DNA of 64,000 bases, taken from NCBI RefSeq assembly GCF_039207905.1, contig NZ_JBCECX010000007.1:62467-126466 (forward strand). Reading direction: 5' to 3'. Below are positions 1 through 9,729 of this stretch, piece by piece. Under the pieces are notes generated by a model. That model made no database searches. It was not told the origin of the DNA and saw only the letters and a list, made by a program, of their open reading frames with translations. Both the position numbers and the translations under genes were made by a program. This stretch comes from Cellvibrio sp. (GTDB lineage: Bacteria; Pseudomonadota; Gammaproteobacteria; Pseudomonadales; Cellvibrionaceae). Positions within the stretch are counted from its first letter, which is position 1. Each line of letters begins with the position of its first letter.

Positions 1-1
1 T

Positions 2-2794
2 AATCCTGCCAGCAGCAATAATGTCACCATTAATTTGCCCAGCACTAATACGCGCTATTTACGCTTAAATGTCACCAGCAACAACGGCTGGCCTGCAGCG
101 CAAATTTCCGAGTTGGAAGTTTATGGCGATAATAATCCTGCGCTGCCTGCTGTACCGCAAAATCTTTCATCAACTGGCAAAACCAGCTCCAGTATTTCAC
201 TCACCTGGACGGCAGCAGCCGGTGCCGATGGTTATGAAATTTTGCGCAACGGTACTTTCCTCACCACTAGCCTAGGTACAACATTTACCGATAATGGCTT
301 ATCGGCAAGCACAGCCTACAGCTACAGCGTGCGTGCATTTAATAGTGCCGGTAGCTCAAGCCCGAGCAATAGCATTAATGTGACCACCGATAGCATTAAC
401 CAAAATCCGCAAGTAGTAAAAGTATCCGGAGGTAAGCCAGTCACAGCGAGTTCTGCATTGGGATTTTTACCCGCGACCAATACCGTTGATAACAATGCAG
501 CAACTTATTGGGAGAGCAACAACAATGCGTTTCCGCAAACATTGACGATTGATTTGGGGAGCACCCATCGCGTGAGCAAAGTTGTTTTGAAATTACCCAA
601 TGATCCAGCCTGGGCAACACGCACGCAAAATTTATCGGTATTGGGTAGCAGTAACGGCACTGCATTTAATACCTTGGTAAATACAGCGGGATACGTATTT
701 AATCCAGCATCGGCAAATACGGTAACCATTAATTTTGCAGAAACGGCGACGCGTTTTGTGCGTGTGAATATCACGGGCAATACCGGTTGGACTGCAGCGC
801 AGTTGTCGGAATTTGAAGTACATGGATATCCCGACCCAGTGCCGCCAGCTACACCGCAAAATCTTGTGGTTGCCGGTGGAACTTCATCGTCTTTGTATCT
901 CAGTTGGAATGCCACCGACCTCGCGACAGGCTACAAAGTATTGCGCAACAATGTGGTGGTTGCCGATGTCACAACTAACTCGTATCAAGATACAGGTTTA
1001 ACTGAAAGCACCAGCTACAGTTATACAGTGCGCGCCTATAACAGCTTTGGGAATTCAGCATTAAGCTCTGCAGTTACTGGCACAACACTCGCGAAAAATC
1101 AGGACCCGGGTCCGACTGATAAACGCGGTGCCACTATGCCCTACACAATTTATCAAGCGGAAGATGGTGTAATTGGCGGCGGTGCGCAATTAGTGGGGCC
1201 AAATCGGATTGTGGGTGATCTTGCGGGTGAAGCTTCTGGCCGTCGCGCAGTAACCTTAAACAGCAATGGCAGCTACGTGGAATTCACCACTAACGAAACC
1301 ACCAATACTTTGGTCACACGCTTTTCGATTCCAGATGCAGCAGGTGGCGATGGCATTACTGCCACATTGAATATTTATGTGAATGGCCAGTTTGAAAAAG
1401 CCATCACACTAAATTCAAAACATGCGTGGATGTATGGCTCAGAAACCCAACCAGGCAATAGTCCGAGTGCAGGACATGCACGGCATATTTACGATGAAGC
1501 CAACATCATGTTTGACCGCACTATTCCGATCGGCAGTAAAATTCGTTTGCAAAAAGATGCACAAAACACGTCGCAATACGCCATCGATTTTATTAGCTTG
1601 GAACAAGTAACACCTGTTCCCAATCCAAACCCAAGCGCATTTATTACACCGACTGGTTTCACCCACCAGGCAGTGCAAAATGCATTGGACCAAGCACGTA
1701 TGGGGAATGCACAGGGCGTTTATTTACCTGCGGGGACGTACCAAACGGCGCAAAAATTCCAGATCTATGGCAAGTCAATCAAAGTGATTGGTGCTGGCCC
1801 TTGGTATACCCGTTTTGAAACACCGACCAATCAATCCAATACCGACGCAGGATTTTCCGTTAACAGCACAGCAAACGGTACCAGCTTTGCCAACTTCAGT
1901 TTCTTTGGCAATTACACCAGCCGTATTGATGGCCCTGGAAAAGTATTTGATTTGAATGGTGTATCCAACGTAACTATCGACAATATCTGGACTGAACACA
2001 CAGTGTGTATGTTCTGGGGCGCAAGCGTGCACAACATCACCATTAAAAATTCGCGCATGCGCAATTTATTTGCAGATGGTGTTAACTTCACTAACGGCAG
2101 CAGCGGCAACCATGTAGTCAACAATGAAGCACGCACTACTGGTGATGACAGTTTTGCATTATTTGCAGCAACCGATAACGGCGGCGGCATTGTGCAAAAT
2201 AATTTATTTGAAAACCTCACTGCCATGACACCCTGGCGCGCCGCTGGTTTGGCTTCTTATGGTGGGCAAGGCAATACCTTTAAAAATATCCACGTGGAAG
2301 ATGCCTTGGTATATTCCGGTGTAACCATCAGCTCATTGGATTTTGGTTATCCATTCACAGGCTTCCAGTCGAACCCAACCACTAACTTTGAAGGTATTAC
2401 CATTCTGCGCTCAGGCGGGACATTCTGGAATAACCAGGTATTCCCCGCGCTGTGGATGTTCTCTGCCTCAAAAAGCTTCCAGGGCATTCGCATTCGCGAT
2501 CTGGATATTATTGACCCCACTTTCCACGGCATTATGTTTCAAACCAATTATGTCGGCGGGCAGCGGCAAAATATTTTTCAGGACACTATTTTCACTAACG
2601 TCACTATTTCCGGCGCCCATCCAAATCCCGCTTACCCGAACCGCTCCGGTTACGGCATTTGGGCAAACCCATTACCAGAAGCAGGCCAGGGTTGCGCCGC
2701 AGGACAAGTGGAATTTAATAACCTGACACTGATCAACAACGGCGTGAATATTAAGAATGATTGCCCGAGTGATTTCAGTATTACGGTGAGATAA
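2..2794 (+). CDS. Secreted multidomain glycoside hydrolase, 5'-truncated by the window edge. It has F5/8 type C (discoidin/CBM32-like) and FN3 repeats followed by a beta-sandwich and a right-handed beta-helix catalytic region. GH87-like (alpha-1,3-glucanase/mycodextranase type).
   Basis: The frame is open from nt 2. The first residues (..NNVTINLPSTNTRYLRLNVTSNNGWPAAQISELEVYG) repeat the end of the later discoidin module (..TVTINFAETATRFVRVNITGNTGWTAAQLSEFEVHG), so the TTG at 35 is not the real start. There are two FN3-like modules (SSISLTWTAA..YSYSVRAFN and SSLYLSWNAT..YSYTVRAYN). The C-terminal part (YTIYQAEDGVIGGG..., repeated NVTI/NITI rungs, TTGDDSF) resembles GH87 catalytic regions as recalled from memory. 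Confidence 0.75.
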   Translation, partial: NPASSNNVTINLPSTNTRYLRLNVTSNNGWPAAQISELEVYGDNNPALPAVPQNLSSTGKTSSSISLTWTAAAGADGYEILRNGTFLTTSLGTTFTDNGLSASTAYSYSVRAFNSAGSSSPSNSINVTTDSINQNPQVVKVSGGKPVTASSALGFLPATNTVDNNAATYWESNNNAFPQTLTIDLGSTHRVSKVVLKLPNDPAWATRTQNLSVLGSSNGTAFNTLVNTAGYVFNPASANTVTINFAETATRFVRVNITGNTGWTAAQLSEFEVHGYPDPVPPATPQNLVVAGGTSSSLYLSWNATDLATGYKVLRNNVVVADVTTNSYQDTGLTESTSYSYTVRAYNSFGNSALSSAVTGTTLAKNQDPGPTDKRGATMPYTIYQAEDGVIGGGAQLVGPNRIVGDLAGEASGRRAVTLNSNGSYVEFTTNETTNTLVTRFSIPDAAGGDGITATLNIYVNGQFEKAITLNSKHAWMYGSETQPGNSPSAGHARHIYDEANIMFDRTIPIGSKIRLQKDAQNTSQYAIDFISLEQVTPVPNPNPSAFITPTGFTHQAVQNALDQARMGNAQGVYLPAGTYQTAQKFQIYGKSIKVIGAGPWYTRFETPTNQSNTDAGFSVNSTANGTSFANFSFFGNYTSRIDGPGKVFDLNGVSNVTIDNIWTEHTVCMFWGASVHNITIKNSRMRNLFADGVNFTNGSSGNHVVNNEARTTGDDSFALFAATDNGGGIVQNNLFENLTAMTPWRAAGLASYGGQGNTFKNIHVEDALVYSGVTISSLDFGYPFTGFQSNPTTNFEGITILRSGGTFWNNQVFPALWMFSASKSFQGIRIRDLDIIDPTFHGIMFQTNYVGGQRQNIFQDTIFTNVTISGAHPNPAYPNRSGYGIWANPLPEAGQGCAAGQVEFNNLTLINNGVNIKNDCPSDFSITVR

Positions 2795-2813
2795 TTAAGT
2801 TAACAATAAGAGA

Positions 2814-2849
2814 CAAAAAAACCTGTTGAGTAATCAACAGGTTTTTTTT
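2814..2849. terminator. Bidirectional rho-independent terminator between convergent genes
   Basis: A 9-bp perfect stem (acctgttga / tcaacaggt) with loop gtaa is flanked by an A-run upstream and a T-run downstream. Confidence 0.85.
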
Positions 2850-2913
2850 GTGAGCCAGCTTTTGCAAACAATTCGCCACGATCAAAAACCAGTCACTGCC
2901 GAAAACTTATTCC

Positions 2914-4434
2914 TTAATAAGCCGAGCAGTTATCGCGGATAAATTGATCCTGGCTGGGGAGTTTTTTTACGTAAGCTTCCATCGTCTCTGCATAATCAAG
3001 CATCTTCTTCTTTGCACTTTCGTAATCCATTTCTTCAATCAATGGAGAATACTTACGTGGGCGAACGCCCATTCCTTCGGCAACAGAGCGCCAGTTTACG
3101 GAATGGAATAATGCATCAATCATATCAGGGAGACCGCCTTGGACTTTATAGTAATCCATAGTCTCCTTCAGGGATGGCGGCAGCTCCATATTTTTGCACC
3201 AGCGCCAGAAGGCAGTGTCTTCACGTTCAGTCATGCAATAATGCAGTACGATAAAATCGCGAATTTCTTCGTATTCTACAATCATACGGCGATTGTATTG
3301 ATTGATTAATGCAGGATCGCAATCTTTGTCAGGGAAGTTGCGCAGCAAATGTACCATTCCCCGTACGGTTAAATGAATGGCTGTTGACTCAAGCGGCTCG
3401 ATAAAACCGGAAGCCAAGCCAATCGAAATACAATTCTTCTTCCAGATTTCATCGCGCACACCAGTGCGGAATGGGATAACTTTTGGTTCGAGTAAAATTT
3501 TACCATCAAGCGTACTTTTCAAAGTATTCAATGCTTCGTCGTCACTGCAATACTGGCTCGCGTAAACATAGCCGGTACCTATACGACGCTGCAAAGGAAT
3601 ACGCCAGATCCAGCCATAATCCGCAGCAGTAGCGCGAGTGAAGGGAACTGTCTCATCTACTTTTTCAATCTGTGTTGCGATTGCGCGATCACAAGGCAAG
3701 TAATGGGTCCAGTCGCGATAGGTTGAGCCCAAGGTTTTTTCAATCAACAGTGCGCGAAAGCCGCTGCAATCTACAAAAAAGTCTGCCGCTACCGTTTCGC
3801 CAGAAGCTAACACCACGCTGGCAATGGCGCCATCGTCGCGCTGTATCACTTCAACCACTTTACCTTCAGTGCGCACCACACCGCGCGCCTCTGCATACTG
3901 GCGCAAATATTCCGCCACCAGTTTTGCATCCAGATGCAATGCGTAACGCGCTTCGCTAACAGGTGAATTTTCCAGAAGTTGTGGTAAATAAAAGCGGCGA
4001 TGTTTCGCCATAATGTTGCACGGTGAAAAATCCTGCAGACCAAACTTATCCCCCTGGTGTGCACTCTTCAGCCACATTTGAAAGAAAATCTGCTCATTCA
4101 TTCCTGCGGTAATTGTACCGAAAGGATGAAAATAACTTTCGCCTTTGCGCAGCCAGTTATCAAACTGGATACCCAATTTAAAACTGCCTTGGGTATATTT
4201 AACAAAATCCTGTTGATTAATTCCGAGATTAGTAAGCATCTCCAGAAAAGGCGGAATGGTGGATTCGCCTACACCAACAGTGCCAATTTCTGACGATTCA
4301 ATTAATTCTATTTTGACCGATGAGGGAGAATAGTCAGGCTTTGCCATATGATTAGCCAGCATCGATGCGGCAACCCAACCTGCAGTACCACCCCCAACAA
4401 TGACGATTTTTTCCAAGGGTTTTATCATATACAT
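2914..4434 (-). CDS. Flavin-dependent halogenase-like protein (tryptophan halogenase family), paralog 1
   Basis: Motifs seen: FAD-binding IVGGGTAGW, GVGESTIP, GSFKLGIQFDNW (Lys at the PrnA K79-equivalent position), the WxWxIP motif as GWIWRIPLQ, and GFIEPLESTAI. Confidence 0.85.
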   Translation of the reverse strand: MYMIKPLEKIVIVGGGTAGWVAASMLANHMAKPDYSPSSVKIELIESSEIGTVGVGESTIPPFLEMLTNLGINQQDFVKYTQGSFKLGIQFDNWLRKGESYFHPFGTITAGMNEQIFFQMWLKSAHQGDKFGLQDFSPCNIMAKHRRFYLPQLLENSPVSEARYALHLDAKLVAEYLRQYAEARGVVRTEGKVVEVIQRDDGAIASVVLASGETVAADFFVDCSGFRALLIEKTLGSTYRDWTHYLPCDRAIATQIEKVDETVPFTRATAADYGWIWRIPLQRRIGTGYVYASQYCSDDEALNTLKSTLDGKILLEPKVIPFRTGVRDEIWKKNCISIGLASGFIEPLESTAIHLTVRGMVHLLRNFPDKDCDPALINQYNRRMIVEYEEIRDFIVLHYCMTEREDTAFWRWCKNMELPPSLKETMDYYKVQGGLPDMIDALFHSVNWRSVAEGMGVRPRKYSPLIEEMDYESAKKKMLDYAETMEAYVKKLPSQDQFIRDNCSAY

Positions 4435-4533
4435 GCCCTGCTTTTATTGTTAGAAGGACCTGCTTTTTAGAGGTCCGCTGTGTCTATAAGCAATATTTAA
4501 TTTAGTTAGCCCAATTTAATTAGCCAAATGTAG

Positions 4534-6048
4534 TTACGCCATTTCTTCTGCGGCGCAATACTGTGCAATAAAATCAGCGTGATCCGGCGTGTCTGCAACT
4601 GCCATGCGCAATGATTCGCGCATCCGCTCCAGATTTTGTGCGAGCATTGTTTCATCCAGCTGATCAACCTGGGCATCGTAGACATCAGGCAGATAATCAA
4701 AGCCTTCAAAAATTGCCAGCCAACTGGGGACATGGAACATTTCCCAACGGTAATTCACTACATGACCAGTTGATTTAAACAATTCCATTTTGTGTTGCAG
4801 CGAATCGGGAATACTCATCGCGCGGCAATAGCGCCAGAATTCTGAATCATCGCGACCATTTAATTTGTAATGCAGCACAACAAAATCACGTACACGCTCG
4901 TATTCCAACACGGTGGTTTCGTTAAACTCACGCGCAATAGTGTCGTTGTATTGGCAGGCTGCCAACAGCGAACGGATTCGTTCAATACCGGTTTGGATCA
5001 ATGCAATACTGGTGCTTTCCAAGGGCTCTAAAAAGCCGCCAGCTAAACCCAGTGCGATACAATTTTTATTCCACGCCAGTTTGCGCCGCCCGGGTTTAAA
5101 CATAATTTTGCGCGGTTCATGCAGTGGTTCGCCGGTAATATTATTGAGCAGTATTTCGCGCGCGATTTCGTCACGCATAAACTGACTGGAAAAAACGTGC
5201 CCATTACCCACGCGGTGCTGCAGTGGAATTTTCCACTGCCAGCCAGCAGGGCGAGCAGTAACATCGGTGAATGAATTAGGTGGCGCTACCGATTTGCTTT
5301 GCACCGCATAAGCGCGATCACACAGCAGCCACTGACTCCAATCTTCATAACCGGTTTGCAGTGCTTGTTCACTCAGGATCGCATTAAAGCCAGAGCAATC
5401 AATAAATAAATCCGCCTCACAAGTCAAACCGGAATCGAGTTGTACCGATTCGATATAACCATCGTTATCGCGACGCTTGACGTTAATGATTTTTGCATCG
5501 ATGCGTTTTACACCGTTATTTTCTGCATGTTTCCGCAGCATCTTGGCAAACAGTGCCGCATCAAAATGCAATGCCCAATCAAATACTGAAAGTGATGAAG
5601 GGGGATTTTTTGCAGGGAAAGTAAATTTGCTGTTTTTTGCCAGCATCACACCGAGGGAATAATCACCCAACTCGGCAGCCATATTTTTGCGGCGCATTTT
5701 CAACCAGTAGTGATGAAACTCAGTGCCTTTTAACGATTGCCCGTACACACCGAAGGGATGAACAAAACGAGAGCCGGGTTTGTGCCAATCGTGAAACTGA
5801 ATGCCGAGCTTGCAGGTTCCGCGCGTTGCACGGATTACATCCACATCACTCAGGCCAAGGTTGTAATAGAAATGGCGAATAGCGGGAATAGTTGCTTCAC
5901 CCACACCGATAGTGCCAATTTCAGAGGATTCGATTAGCGTAATATCAATACGCTCTTTGAAGTGGTGCTTGAGGCTAGCTGCGGCCATCCATCCTGCCGT
6001 ACCGCCACCGACGATAATCATGCTTTTTACTGCGCGCATATTCATCAC
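4534..6048 (-). CDS. Flavin-dependent halogenase-like protein (tryptophan halogenase family), paralog 2
   Basis: Motifs seen: IVGGGTAGWMAA, GVGEATIP, GTCKLGIQFHDW, GWQWKIPLQ and GFLEPLESTSI. It lies in tandem with paralog 1, downstream of the TBDR on the same strand. Confidence 0.85.
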   Translation of the reverse strand: MMNMRAVKSMIIVGGGTAGWMAAASLKHHFKERIDITLIESSEIGTIGVGEATIPAIRHFYYNLGLSDVDVIRATRGTCKLGIQFHDWHKPGSRFVHPFGVYGQSLKGTEFHHYWLKMRRKNMAAELGDYSLGVMLAKNSKFTFPAKNPPSSLSVFDWALHFDAALFAKMLRKHAENNGVKRIDAKIINVKRRDNDGYIESVQLDSGLTCEADLFIDCSGFNAILSEQALQTGYEDWSQWLLCDRAYAVQSKSVAPPNSFTDVTARPAGWQWKIPLQHRVGNGHVFSSQFMRDEIAREILLNNITGEPLHEPRKIMFKPGRRKLAWNKNCIALGLAGGFLEPLESTSIALIQTGIERIRSLLAACQYNDTIAREFNETTVLEYERVRDFVVLHYKLNGRDDSEFWRYCRAMSIPDSLQHKMELFKSTGHVVNYRWEMFHVPSWLAIFEGFDYLPDVYDAQVDQLDETMLAQNLERMRESLRMAVADTPDHADFIAQYCAAEEMA

Positions 6049-6097
6049 ATCATTGTTATGTTTTTATCAATGTAACCAGATTCCCTGATTACGCTGG

Positions 6098-6135
6098 AAT
6101 TACTCCGGGCAACTGTGCTGCTGCCCGGAGTAATT
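6098..6135 (-). other. Intercistronic stem-loop between the TBDR and the halogenase-like genes (no U-tract)
   Basis: A 13-14 bp perfect inverted repeat (aattactccgggca / tgcccggagtaatt) with a ~10-nt loop lies 20 nt downstream of the TBDR stop on the minus strand. Confidence 0.6.
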
Positions 6136-6155
6136 TACTCGGTCAAACTTACTGC

Positions 6156-9100
6156 TTAGAACTTGGCGCGGACGCCGATAGAGTAACGCGCTTCGTTGTC
6201 ATACACGAAGGACGCTTGCTCTACACCTTCAGCCAAACGATAGACTTGTTTTTCGTCTTCGCTGGTGAGGTTGGCAACCTGGGCATATACCGTTACATCA
6301 TCCACTACATCGTAGCTGACGTTCAGGTCGACATAAGTAGTGCCCTTGGCAAAAACCGCTTGGTTCAATGGACCGTAATCCTGTACGAAGCGATCGTCGC
6401 GGCCGTTAACTGCAACACGCGCCTGCAACTTGTCCTGTTGATACCACACAATAAAGTTGTAGGTGTTTTCCGAGTTGTTAGCAAACGGATATTTTTCACC
6501 AGTTACGTCAGATGCTAGACCCGGACGCTCACTCGGTGAGTAAGTGTAGTTAACATCCACACCAAAGTTGCTGAGGAAGTTGTCGGTGAGGTCACTGAAT
6601 GCGAGTTTCGCACCCAATTCCAAACCTTTCACTTCACCGCCCTTACCAACTACCGGGCCATCACCTTTGATGTTGTAGGTTTTGCCTCTGGATACCACAT
6701 CGATATAACTTTCTTTTTGCTCAACAAAGGATTCAATCTCGACGAGATAGGCACCCATGTTAAACATACTCGCTTCACCGAAATAATATTCCGCAGAGAT
6801 GTCGTAGTTAGTACTCAACCATGGATCGAGGTTGATATCCGCCTGTGAGTTCCAACCACTCGGGATACGTTGGGTTGAGTCATCCGGATCCGGACCGGTG
6901 AACACGTTCAAACTGGAACCGTAACGGAACAAATCCAATTCCTGTTTGTTTTTCGCTGCGCTCAAACGCAACTTAACGTCCTCAGCAACATCCCACGCAA
7001 GGTTCAAAGATGGCAGCACATCGGTGCGGCTCTTCTTGTTAGTTTCGCGGCCAGTGTAGTAATGCGAACCACCGTAAGCGCGCTGCACGCCGGTACTTTG
7101 ATAAACGTTGGCCGATATCTCGGACTCAATCACTTTCACACCGAGAGTACCCGAGACAGGGCCAGCAACGAAGTTGCCGACGAGGTAACTGCTCAACTCA
7201 TCCAGAGTCACTGTGTAGCTGTTTGCTGGCGCAATGATTTTTTTGATGTCATTGAACGCTTTGCGGTTAAACGCTTCAGGATTATCAAAGGTGGTTGGAT
7301 CAACTGCCCAGAAACCGGGGATACCTTTCGCGTATTTACCCAAGTCAGTTACGAATTGCAGCTTCTCACCGAAATGATCCAGCGGCTGTGGTGGCAATAC
7401 GAAGTATGGAGTGAATGACGCCGGATCACTTCCAACCAAACGCTCACCCGCAGAACATTCAGCACCACTGCCACCGCCATCAAATTTCTGGTCGATTGAA
7501 CGCCACATCGCATAACAACCAGTGATGTTGCTGGCGTTTGGCAAATCAGGGCCAGTGAGACGGTTGTTGGAGTTCACGTAGAATTGTGCCCAGTAGTCAT
7601 AAGCTTCTACATCAACTGAACGGGTGCTGCCACGCAGGCCAACCTCTACATCAGTAATGAATGAATCTTCAAACTTGTAATTCACGTGAGCACTGAAGGC
7701 TCTCATTTTGGCCGAGGTGTCGTTGTCTTGCTCCAACTGCTCACCTTCCATGATCCAACTGTCTTTGTTGGCCATATAAGTGGCGAGTGATTTTTCACCG
7801 CTGGCATCGGTTAAACCACCAGCAATGTTTTGGTCGAAACCACTCCAGTGTGCAGTGTGTCCCTTGTAGTTCAAACCAAGCAGTGGATCTTCGTTATAGC
7901 CTTTAGGGTTAGGCAATACAAAGCGACCACCGTTAACACCTACTTCGCCCAAACGATCCGGATCAAGCACCAAACCATATTGCTCAACCACATCTTTTGG
8001 ATAGAAATGGCCGTACAGGCGTTGCACTGTGTCGCCACGGAAACTGTTGATACCGCCCTGTGCTGTCGCAAACAACACATTGTTATAGGCTTCCGCACTG
8101 ATCGCACGCAAACCACCGGTAAGCGCACCATCATTGTCAAAATTCAATTCAACATTGAAGTTTTTAGAACCCGCATCGATCACGCGGTTACCGCCAATCG
8201 ATTGCAACCACAGTGGCTCTACACTGAATTGGTCGGCAATGATCCACTCGCGGCCATCTTTGCCGGTAATTGAATCAGAGCTGTGAGTTGGTACAGCGAT
8301 TTGCGCACCGGTCCAACCATTTTGATATTGGTCATCCCACATAGCTTTGCGTTCATCGCTGAGCGCGGTCATACCCTGCCAGCGGTTGGAAATGTTCAAG
8401 CCCACTTCGCGTTGGTATTCTTTGGCTTGGGTATAGAAACCTTCTACCACCAATTCCAAACCATTACCGAGGTCCGCTTGCAACGCGGCGTTCACACCAT
8501 CGCGGCTACGCTCGTTCGCGGAGCGGGAGAAACGATAACCGTGGTTTTGGTTAACCGTCCACTTACCTTCAAATGCACTGCCTGGGCCCATTTGATAAGC
8601 ACCCGGATCACCTGCGCGCCCGGCATAATCGTTCGCCAGATTTTTTTCGCCGGTAACACCGGAGACCATCACACCGAGGTTTTCATTGCGCCAGTTAATC
8701 AAGGCGTTGATAGTACTATCCATCTCATCGCTGATTTCACCGTTAGAAAGATCGTAGCCACCGGCTGCGCTGAATCCTTCTTTGAAATCCATCGGACGGA
8801 AGGTTTTGATATCGATAGTACCGGTAATACCGGACACCGAATTGGTTACATCCAAACTTTTGTATACGTCTGCTGCGCGCAATAATTGCGCAGGCACATC
8901 GCCAAAGTCAGGTTGCGCACCAGCCAGATTACCCGCAGCGAGGAATTGCTCGCCGTTCATCATTACTGCAACCTGATCCATACCGCGCACACTCAGGCGC
9001 GAACCTTCACCCGCATTACGCTGGATTTGCACACCGGTAATACGCTGCAAAGAGTCAGTAATCGTAACGTCGGGTAACTTACCCACGTCTTCAGCGGAGA

Positions 9101-9296
9101 TGCCGTCAACGATAGATTTGGCTTCGCGCTTGGTGGCGATCGCGCTTTGTTGCGCGCCCTTCACACCAAGGACAACTACCTCTTCGACTGAATCAGCACC
9201 ATCCTGTGCAAATGCTTGTGTACCTATGCCAAATACCGCATAGGACGCTATCGCACTTGCAATAAGTTTTTTCTTAAAGCCTCGTTTCGTGTTCAT
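6156..9296 (-). CDS. TonB-dependent outer-membrane receptor (large, oligosaccharide-type)
   Basis: Signal peptide ending AFAQD; plug region (SIVDGISAEDVGKLPDVTITDSLQRITGVQIQRNAGEG); 1046 aa; beta-barrel C-terminus ending in Phe (SIGVRAKF). Confidence 0.9.
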   Translation of the reverse strand: MNTKRGFKKKLIASAIASYAVFGIGTQAFAQDGADSVEEVVVLGVKGAQQSAIATKREAKSIVDGISAEDVGKLPDVTITDSLQRITGVQIQRNAGEGSRLSVRGMDQVAVMMNGEQFLAAGNLAGAQPDFGDVPAQLLRAADVYKSLDVTNSVSGITGTIDIKTFRPMDFKEGFSAAGGYDLSNGEISDEMDSTINALINWRNENLGVMVSGVTGEKNLANDYAGRAGDPGAYQMGPGSAFEGKWTVNQNHGYRFSRSANERSRDGVNAALQADLGNGLELVVEGFYTQAKEYQREVGLNISNRWQGMTALSDERKAMWDDQYQNGWTGAQIAVPTHSSDSITGKDGREWIIADQFSVEPLWLQSIGGNRVIDAGSKNFNVELNFDNDGALTGGLRAISAEAYNNVLFATAQGGINSFRGDTVQRLYGHFYPKDVVEQYGLVLDPDRLGEVGVNGGRFVLPNPKGYNEDPLLGLNYKGHTAHWSGFDQNIAGGLTDASGEKSLATYMANKDSWIMEGEQLEQDNDTSAKMRAFSAHVNYKFEDSFITDVEVGLRGSTRSVDVEAYDYWAQFYVNSNNRLTGPDLPNASNITGCYAMWRSIDQKFDGGGSGAECSAGERLVGSDPASFTPYFVLPPQPLDHFGEKLQFVTDLGKYAKGIPGFWAVDPTTFDNPEAFNRKAFNDIKKIIAPANSYTVTLDELSSYLVGNFVAGPVSGTLGVKVIESEISANVYQSTGVQRAYGGSHYYTGRETNKKSRTDVLPSLNLAWDVAEDVKLRLSAAKNKQELDLFRYGSSLNVFTGPDPDDSTQRIPSGWNSQADINLDPWLSTNYDISAEYYFGEASMFNMGAYLVEIESFVEQKESYIDVVSRGKTYNIKGDGPVVGKGGEVKGLELGAKLAFSDLTDNFLSNFGVDVNYTYSPSERPGLASDVTGEKYPFANNSENTYNFIVWYQQDKLQARVAVNGRDDRFVQDYGPLNQAVFAKGTTYVDLNVSYDVVDDVTVYAQVANLTSEDEKQVYRLAEGVEQASFVYDNEARYSIGVRAKF

Positions 9297-9633
9297 GGAC
9301 TTCTCCGTTCACCGATTTATGGAATTATTTTTTACGCGTGTTTCAATAAATCCCCAATGTTGAACTTGCGTACTTGTCTTATAGATCAAACACACAAATC
9401 ACCCCCAAAGGGTAAGGGTGAATTCATCGTTATTCATTATGTAAATAAATTTTGGTAGTTAGCTAAGAGGGCTGCGTCAAGGAATAGCTTTTTATTTTTT
9501 GTCGATTGTAGAAGCGCGCACATAAATTAAAACCTTATTTTTTATCCCTGTGACAACGTGCAACCTTTTAATTTTTATCATCTTAATAACGGCGCCAGAA
9601 GAATGTCCATAGCTAAAAATAGCCTAGACAAAA

Positions 9634-9647
9634 AGAAATCGTTTTCA
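9634..9647. promoter_or_regulatory. LacI-family-type operator, site 1 (AGAAATCGTTTTCA)
   Basis: 14-bp near-palindrome with a central CG, matching the generic LacI/CcpA-type pattern TGnAAnCGnTTnCA. Confidence 0.55.
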
Positions 9648-9653
9648 ATTTTT

Positions 9654-9667
9654 TGAAATCGATTTCA
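9654..9667. promoter_or_regulatory. LacI-family-type operator, site 2 (TGAAATCGATTTCA)
   Basis: Perfect 14-bp palindrome, 20 bp centre-to-centre from site 1. Confidence 0.6.
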
Positions 9668-9715
9668 AGTTAAAAATAATTTTTTATTTAGCAAATAAAT
9701 TTTTTGTGAATTTTC

Positions 9716-9729
9716 TGAAAACGTTTTCA
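9716..9729. promoter_or_regulatory. LacI-family-type operator, site 3 (TGAAAACGTTTTCA)
   Basis: Perfect 14-bp palindrome that extends to a 24-bp palindrome (ttttctgaaaacgttttcagaaaa, 9711-9734). Confidence 0.6.

Noticed and set aside
8283-8885. 200-aa ORF antisense to the TBDR gene. Similar long antisense or alternative-frame ORFs lie at 10818-11444, 31770-32357, 34475-34984, 39888-40343 and 40677-41279.
   Set aside because: All lie entirely inside well-supported genes. Their compositions are low-complexity or Arg/Cys/His-rich, typical of off-frame translation. They have no recognisable motifs or ribosome-binding sites.
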